NCBI GenBank assembly: GCA_001724265.1
Contig: MEDY01000069.1
Span: 1 to 64,000 of the forward strand
Length of the DNA: 64,000 nt
Direction: 5' to 3'
Source of the DNA: Rhizaria sp. SCN 62-66
Lineage: Eukaryota
Part shown: in pieces, positions 56,101 through 64,000 of the stretch
How the letters are laid out: every line of letters begins with the position of its first letter
Numbering within the stretch: the first letter of the stretch is position 1
Notes under the pieces: generated by a model
Seen by the model: the letters and a program-made list of their open reading frames with translations, nothing else
Told to the model about the DNA's origin: nothing
The model's database searches: none
Translations under genes and position numbers: made by a program

Positions 56101-59100
56101 CATGAGCAGCACACCGGTCTTGAACACAGAGAGCACACGGTGGCAGATGGCCGCCTGCTTGCGCCAGGGCTCGAGCATGCTGCGCTTCTGCTTCGTATCC
56201 TTATTCAGACGCTCGAAGTCGATCAGGTGCAGAAGCTCAACGTACTTGAGCATGAACGACTTGATCGCAGTGGGCGTCGAGACCATGATGGCACGCGTGT
56301 TGCGCGCGCGCGTGATCTTGCGCAGCAGCGCGGGCGTCACCGTCTTGAAACGGTCGAACGAGAACGTGTAGATGGGCTTGCGGATGATGGCCGAAAACCT
56401 CTCACGCAGCGTGGCGCGCGAGAACTCGAGCAGTGCCGCCGGCACGCACTGCGTGACGAGCGACTTGCCGTCCGCGAGCAGCAAACACAGCAGCGGGCCG
56501 ACGACGGTGGTCTTGCCCGCACCCATGATCATCTGGTGGCACAGCGAACCCAGCTGGTCGTACTCGACGCTGTCAGGGTTCGCGCCGCCGGGCGCACGTT
56601 CGGCCACGCGCGCCACGGCCGTCATGAAGAGCTCGACGAGCTCGACCTGCGCCTGGCGCAGCACGATGGCGTATGTGAACTCGAATAGCAGCAGGCGCGG
56701 GTCGAACACGACGGCGCTGCCGCCGGAGGGGTCGCCGCGCACGTAGTGACGCTGCGTGGTGACGCGCGTGGCGACGTCGTCGGCCTTGAGCACCAGGCTC
56801 TGGAACACCGTCGGGTCGCCCTGCGCTTCGGCCGGTGACAGACGGGCGAGCTTCTTAAGCAGCCGCTGCAGGTCCGTGGCCGCGGTGAGCGCCTGGCGGA
56901 TCTGCGCAACACGCGTGGCGCGCGCCATGGTACCGACGAGCAGCGAGTCGAGACGCGCGAGCGCCTGCGACTGCGCCTGCGAGCCCGCAGCGGCGACGGA
57001 CTGCGCAACGGCAGTGTTGTTGTGCGCCAGGAACGGGTTCAGCAGCAGCAGGTCGCGGTGGAACGTGGTGCTGAGCAGAGAGCCGGCGAGGAACTCGAAC
57101 GACACAGTGGCCTCGCGTCCGGCGACGCGGCGCAGGAGGAAGGCGACCACGTCGCTCTCAGTCTCCGCGCCACCGAGGCGCGCGTCCACGGGCATGTGGT
57201 TCGCGATGCCTACGGCCTCGTCGACGCCCTCAAGCGAGAACTTGAGGTCGGCGGCGTGGAGCGCGACGAGCTCGTTGATGAGACGCGTCACGAGCTCGAG
57301 CAGACGGTCCGTGGCGGCGCCGGCGGGCGCGGCGAGCATGGTGTGCACTTCCTGGTCGAGCATGCCGATGAGCTTGGGCACGCGGGCCGAGTTGTGCTCC
57401 TCAGCGAAGCGCGCGACGTCCTCCTGCAGACGCGCGATGAGGCCCTGCGCAACGTGCGACAGCGCCGCGGAGTGGTTGGACACGTCGAACGGCAGCGTCG
57501 ACGCGACGACGGAGTCGCAGCGCTCCGACAGCGAGCGCGCAGCGACGAAGCGCTGCAGAGAGAGCGGCTCGAGCGGGGTCGATGCGAAGTGCGCGAGGTC
57601 GGCGTCGGTCACGGCAGTGTGACCGGCACCGACGGAGGGCGCGATGACGCACGACGCCTGCGAGTAGTTGCTGATACGGGGCAGCACAAGGCCGAAGTTG
57701 CGCGGGAACACCACATCGCCGATAGAGACGGCGGTGGCGGAAGAGCACGCAGTCAGCGCGTCGGGCCGCGGGGCGTCGGGGTTGAGGGTGACGGTGCCGC
57801 GGCGCGTGCCGGAGAGCGAGGAGAAGGGCGTGTACGCGTGCTTGTGCTGCTCCATGGTCTTGAGCAGCAGCTTCGCGGTGTGCGGGTCCGGGTACTGCAT
57901 GTTCCACGTCAACGACTTCTGGCTCTGCGCAAAGTCGCGGAAGTTCTTGAGCAAACGCGAGAAACCGTTGTCGCCGGCCTTGAACATGGTCGTGAGCTTG
58001 AACGAGCGCACGTCCTCGTACTTCGGCACGGTGGGCACGAACGCCAGTGCGGGGTTGTAGATCAGCACACGCAGGATCGACATGAGCGAGCCCGTGCCGA
58101 GGTAGTGACGCGCGGGCAGGAAACGCGCCATCATCGACGCGAGGAAGTAGCTGTTGTCGCGCGCCGTGACACGGATGTTGAGGGTGTTGGTCATCATCTC
58201 GTACAGCAGCAGGAAACCGAGGTCGTCGGTCGAGCCCGTCACGGAGAGTCCCTCAGCAAGACGCTCGTTGAGCCAGATGATCGCGTCGGGCCCCATGAAG
58301 TCGCGGTTGGGCCGCACGTACGACACCTTCTCGAAGGTGTTGAGTACGGAGCTCTCGAGCGTGATGGTGCGGTCGACGACAGAGTCGAACGAGTTCTCGA
58401 TTACCGGCTTCGGCGGGTACACGACGGGCGCGGAGATGAGGTAGTCAAGCGGCAGACCGCTGTTGACAACGCTCGCCACGGGAGCGGCAAGCGCGCCGCC
58501 ACCAGAGGCGTGCGTGACGGAGTCAGCGAGCGTGGCGTCGCGCATCTTTTGCGTGTGGCGCATCGCGGCTTCGACGTAGTGCATGCGCGTGAGCAGCTCG
58601 GAGGACAGCGAACGCTGCATCTTCTTGGTGTCCTTGTTGCTGAAGATGCCCTTGACCTTGGCCTTGATGCGCGCGAAGAACGACTGCTTCTTGGCCGCCT
58701 CGCGCGTCGCCTGGAAGCCCTGGTCGGCCTTAAACGCAGAACCGTCCTCGCCACCAGTGCCCGCGGCCAGCGCCGCGAAGACCGCAGCGTCGTCGGCGTT
58801 GAGAGAGCCGTGCTGGCGGATGTCCTCACAGGCCTGCAACAGCGTGAACTCCTCCTCCAGCGACAGCCGGCAGTCGGCAGAGACCCAGTGCAAGCGCGTG
58901 AGGTAGCCCTCGACCTCATCCAGCAGGTCCCACGGCCAGTCGGACATGGCCGAGTCCATTGTGATGAGCGAGATGTGCAGGCGCGCGGCGAACGCGTCAG
59001 GGTGCTTATCGTGGCACACCAGCTCCAGCAGCTCGTACACACGCGCTTCCTCACCGAGCAGGTCCGTGTCAGACACACACGACGTGCACATGCGGACGAC

Positions 59101-62100
59101 ATCGGCGTACTGGCGCGCGATGAAGCGCATCACGAGCAGGTACAGCGCGGAGCCGAGCGTGGGCGTGAAGAGGAACGCACGGGTCAAGTGCACCGGGTAG
59201 ATGTAGTACGGCACGCGCATCGCGGCCAGCCACGCCTTGTCGGTGCGGTCGAAAATGACCTCGGTGCCGAATGCTGTGTCGAGAAGCTGCTCGCGGACGC
59301 CGACGCCCGCCACGCGCGCGTGCGGGGCCTGGACGGGGCGCGAAGGCAGCGTGGCAGGCACCAGCAGCAACAGCTCCTGCTCGGCGTCCTCGAGGATGAT
59401 GCCGTGGGGCAGGCCCACGAGCAGACGCGCGAGCGCGGGGCAGCGCTGGCGGGACACCTTGACGCCGTCGCGGTCGGCCATCCAGAGCGTCCACTCCGTG
59501 CGGCCCGAGCCGTCGACGCTGGGGCCGTAAGTGACGCGGAACGAGAGCCCGAGACGGGGGAACTCGATCATCGACGGGCGGACGAGGTCGCCGAGCAGAG
59601 GCCCGGGACGCGCCCACTCCTCGGCCTTGGCGGCGGCGACGGAGCCACGGTTGCTGAGATCCGAGAGGATGGACTCGGCGGACGACACGACCGCGCCCGT
59701 GGGGCCCGCGGAGGTGGGCCCCGAGGCCATGCCCGCGGCCTGCTTGGCGAGCTCGCGCTGCGTCTCGTCCGGCGTGTTGCGGAACGGGTTCGGGTACGGC
59801 ATCTCGGCCCATACGAGCGTGTGCGAGAGGTTCTCGAGGCGCGAGGTCCAATCGCACATCTCCCAGAGAGCAGACCGCTGCGCGGCGTGCAGCGTGTCGA
59901 CCAGCACCATCGTGCCCGGCACGTCGCGTAGCTCGAGGCGCTCGCCGACGAGGTAGTCCTCGCCCAGCTTGACGGCGTCGGCCGGGATCGGCACGCGCGT
60001 GACGCGGCCGCCCGTCTGCATGAAGTGGTCGTCGCGGCTCACGCGCACGTGCAGCAGGTACAGCTGGTGCGACGTCTCGCGCACCTCGGCGCGCGGGTAG
60101 CCCGTCAGCGAGTCGTCCTCGTTCTGCCAGAAGCGGTACGTCTCGAGCAGCACGGCGGGCAGCAGACCGGTCAGGAAGCGAGTCGGGACAAAGGTCTGCA
60201 GACCGTCGCTGGCGATGCCGAGGTTGCGCGTGATGACGAGTGACGACGCGGGGAGGTCCGCCGACGCCGGGGTGCCCGCGGCGAAGCGCGCAAACGTGGG
60301 CCAGGCCGCGGCGGCGTGGTGCGTCGGGGGCAGCTCGTGGAGACAGAAGCGCCAGTCCGTGGTGAAGATAAGCGTGCGGTACCAGCGGCGGCCGTACTCA
60401 CGCACGCTGTAGATGTTGACCACACCACGGCGGAACACGACGGCCTCCTTGAGCACGCGCTCCTGCACGAAACCGTCCTTCTCGGCGTCGAACTTCTTGT
60501 TGAGGCGGCGCGCGTTGTCGAGCTCGCGCGTGTTCATCTTGCGCGAGAACGAGTGCCAGCCCGCGAGGCGGATGTGCGAGTCCTCGTCCTTGAGCGAGTA
60601 CGTCGGTAGGAACCACTGCGCGACACTAACGCCCTGCGACTGGTTGCAGAACTTCTGCAGCGCAGCGGTGAACACGCTCGGCACCCAGTGCTCCGTTGCG
60701 GCCAGTCCCGACGGGAACGAGCGCTGGTTCATCACGCGCGGCTCGCGGTCGTCGGGGTTCCACAGCAGCACGTCGTGGCGACGGCCCGGCAGACGCAGCC
60801 AGTTGCGGTTGACGGTGTACTTGACTGACGCGGCTTGCACAGCCTCCTTCTGGCGGCCGAAGACAGAGATGAAGTCCTCGTTCTCGGCGATGCCCTCGGG
60901 CAGCTGCTCCAGACGCGAAGTCTTGAGCGTGAAGTCACCTGTCTGGATGTTGATCTCGGTTTCGACCGCGGTAGAGTACGCCTGCTGCGCGGCCTCAACC
61001 ATCGCGCGCTGCTCCGGAGTCAGCTTCTCGAGCGCGAGACGCTCGCGGCGCTGGTCCTCGGTCTCGTCTTCGCGCACCTCGTCCTCCTCTTCCTCCTGGT
61101 CCGAGATGTCCTCGCCGCCGAGCACGCGCTTCTTGCCGCCGCCGCCGACGGTCAGCGCGGTGCTGTCGTCGTTGTCCGAGTCGGAACCGTACTGGGCCTC
61201 GCGCGCGGCGTCGGCGTCCTTAAGCGCCTGGATCTGCACCGAAGAGCCGCGGCGCCGGCCGCCCGCGGGAACCGTGAGCAGCCCGGCGTCGTTGGGGTTG
61301 GCGTCGGAGCGGCCCGTGACGCGCGCGCCCGCCTGTCCGCCGGCGCGGCGGAGCGAAACGTGCTTCTTGGCCTTCTTGGTCATGTCGGGGATGAAGCGGC
61401 CGTCGCAGTGGCGGCCCTCCATGCTGTGCCAGACGCGCACGCCCATCGCTTCGCCAGCGTAGTTGCGGAGGCGCGTGCCCGTGAGCGTGACGACGCGGGT
61501 GACGGACTCCATGACTTCGTTGCCGAGGTTCGGGTGCGCGTTGAGCCAGTTGAGCAGGCCTGTGCGGTGCTTGGCGAAGAGCGCGAACACTTCCATGTCC
61601 GACACGCCGAGCACGGTCATCGACTCCTCGTCCTCGTTGGCCTCGAGGCGAGGCACGGGGGTGTCGCCGGGCGCGGCCGCGAGCGAAAAGCGGTGGCGCG
61701 TGGTCAGGAAGAAGTTGGCGCACATGATCGTCGACACGACGGCGAAGTTGTACTCGGCGGGCGTGAAGTTGAGGAAGAGGTACGCGAGGTGCGTGTGCAG
61801 GATGCAAGAGAGGTCGACGTCGTTAGAGCGAGTCGTTTTGTCGACCCAACGCTCGAGCATGGGGAAGACCTGCTCAGTGAGCATCTGGCGCATCTCGCGG
61901 CGCTTCTCCTTCATCAACATAACCTATGATATGAACAAAAAAAGGGGAGGAAGAATCAATACATGTGAGCAATTTGACAATGGATAAGATAGATTCACCT
62001 TGCGAGCATAGTCGATATGAGTTGTACTTATGCGGTAAACATCGTTGATTTGAGCGTACCTGGTGATCGGAGGAGTCGAGTCCGCGGACATAGGCCTCAT

Positions 62101-64000
62101 ACTTGGACCTGCTCTGGCAGCGGAGCCGAAGCTTGTCGATGGAGCGGTCACCGGAGACGATGTACTCGGTGTAGTCGTCCGTCGAGCGGTCGGAGCGCGA
62201 GTAGATGTGCGCGGCGATGTTGGAGCTGAGGTACGACTTAGAAAGTTGGCGGTACGAAGAGTCCGTGACGCGGGGCGCACGGTACTTCTTGCCCGTGCGC
62301 GCGCACTCGGCCTTGCGCTCAGCCTCGACACGCTCGACTTCGGCCTTGGCAGCGCGCGCCGCGGCCTTGATCTCAGCGTCGGCCGCATCAGCCGCGCGGC
62401 GCCACTCGTTGTGCTTGATGATGTACGTCATGAAGCCGTCGACGCGCACGCACAGACGCACGACGTAGAGCAGAATGGCACTGCTGCGGGGCGAGTACTT
62501 GCCCGTGTCGAGCTCGAGCGCGAGCGTGAGCAGCGAGGTGATGCACTTGACGATGCCATGCGGCGCCTTCTGCAGCTCGTTGAAGAGCAGACCGCACGGC
62601 GTGCCCAGGTGAGTGCGGTTCGGCGCCGGCACGACCTTGGGGATGTACGTCGCATACGCGTTCTGCCACAGGTCGGGCTCGAACAGAACGTAGTCGAGCA
62701 GCTCGCGCAGCTCGGGCGCGCCGAGAGCGAGGATGCGCTCGGGCGTGGCGAAGAACTGCAGGATGAGCGGGATGCGCATGTACGGCACGGTGAGGTATGA
62801 CGCCAGCAGCTCAGACTCGCGCTGGCGCAGACGGCCGCCGAAGTCGGGGAGCTTGGAGACGTGCAGCACGTCCTCTTCGTCGTCGATCTCGGCATTGCAG
62901 TACAGCGACGGGTCAGCGCCGGAGTCGGACTTGGGCTTGAACGTGGTGAAGATACGCTTGATGCGGCTGAAGAAGCCCTTGTTAGCAGTGGCGATCTTGT
63001 CAGACTTGGCGTTGGCCTTGTTCTGGTCCTTCTCCTGCTGCGCGGCGTCGGCGTCGGCACCGGTCTTGATGTCCAAGTTCTTGCCATTGCCGTCCTCGCT
63101 GTCACTGTCATCGTCGTCAGTCTCCTCACCCTCGACCTTGACCTTCTTGGGATCGAAGCAACGCAGGCGCTTGAGGCGGAAGCCGGCGACGTTGTAGCGG
63201 CCGCGGATCATGTGCTTCTGCGCCGCTACCTGCACTTTTTTGCCGTTCTCCTTGGGCTTGCGCTCGTGCTCAGGGCGCCACGACCACGCCAGCGTGGCGT
63301 CGTTGTGTGTCCACGCACGCAGATCAGGCAAGTGCTCCGACGTCGGGTTCATCAGGTACTTAAACATGAAGATGATATCACGGAAGTACCCGAGCTCTTT
63401 AAACAGCGACATCACCTCGGGGTCCTCGCCGGTGAAGTAGAGCGGGAGCCGCTTCTTGTCGGCGTTGAAGCCGATGTCCCAGGCGAGCTGCTCCATGAGC
63501 TGCTGCATGTTGCCCAGCTCCATGGTGCGCTCGAAGGCCATGATGAAGTGGTCATCGCGAATCATCTTGCGCTGCGCGAAGAAGTAGTCGAGCACCTTGG
63601 TACGGCAGAGCGCAAGCTCAGGCTGCGTGAAGATCATCGTCTCAGACTGCTCCGCGAAGTGGCCCATGTCGATGCCGAACGGCAGCAGGTGGAACCGCGG
63701 GTTCGGCGGCGACCGGCCTGCCATGTGCAGCGAGAAGAGCGACGGCACATCGCACGCAACCGTGCGCACTACGTTGTCGGCCATAGTCGCGATCACGGAC
63801 ATAACGAGGATGCGCGCGGCGTCGAACGAGCGCGTGGCCTTAAGCGACAACGAGCAGGCAGCGAAGTGGCGCGAAACCTGACGCAGCGAGTGCAGAATGT
63901 CGATCTGCGTCTCGTAACGCATCGGCTTGGACCACAGACACTTGTCTTTGTGCTTCGAGTCGTGCGGCAGCGGGACGGGGATAACGTTGGTGAACACGTG
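50122..64000 (-). CDS. Giant DUF3638/DUF3645 SF2-helicase-like P-loop protein with EF-hands, Vps62-like domain and Pro-rich tail (exons >64000-62060 and 61923-50122; at least 4580 aa; 5' end outside window)
   Basis: DPRLLLFEF..LRQAQV, HQMIMGAGKTTVVGPLL (Walker A), LLMDEVDLILHP (Walker B), DUF3645-like RRLTAVPFVGKDVPSRSSEFSHPDITIGLTILA, GFSGT, ALIDTGALITG, FYDQVHTTGMD, QGAFRMR, (EQ)n run; EF-hands FDSSSTGRIKLADL, FDFDRNGMLNCSEL, ADVKGKGQLTYEEF; LYAWRP..EYVAMGMV..P..DAVRCLP. Confidence 0.85.
61924..62059 (-). other. GT-AG intron in the giant gene (136 nt, phase 0)
   Basis: Donor CAG|GTACGC at 62059; pyrimidine tract then ATCATAG|GTT at 61924; AT-rich interior; joins ORF 61874..63997 to ORF 50122..61920 in frame. 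Confidence 0.88.

Noticed and set aside
57022-59931. 969-aa plus-strand ORF inside the giant gene
   Set aside because: Antisense shadow; no independent domain or start context.

Overview
Gene-dense eukaryotic (protist-like; taxon not determinable from sequence alone) nuclear DNA: GC-rich coding exons with strong GC3 bias and abundant Ala-rich low-complexity insertions, separated by short AT-richer spacers, with few short spliceosomal introns. About 13 protein genes plus one decayed MORN fragment: CCR4-type deadenylase (5'-truncated), FAM210/DUF1279 mitochondrial protein, DBP9/DDX56 helicase, an ankyrin protein, propionyl-CoA carboxylase alpha (2 exons), a secreted and probably GPI-anchored protein made of FIVE transferrin-like lobes (2 exons), a TYW3-TYW2-TYW5 triple fusion of wybutosine enzymes, an orphan ORF, a RING/IBR-like + MYCBP2-type RING-Cys-relay E3 ligase with four HECTD1-like SUN/galactose-binding repeats, a mitochondrial TPR protein, a small basic protein, a Pro/Ser-rich ORF split by one in-frame TAG, and a >4500-aa DUF3638/DUF3645 P-loop protein with EF-hands and a Vps62-like domain (runs off the window end). 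Most notable: the five-lobed transferrin-like surface protein with non-canonical metal ligands, the TYW3-2-5 fusion, the RCR ligase architecture, and a splice-acceptor signature just upstream of the ATG of all 11 genes whose 5' ends are visible (leader introns or trans-splicing). No tRNA, intact rRNA, CRISPR or mobile element could be supported. All family assignments come from motif recognition by eye, not database searches.
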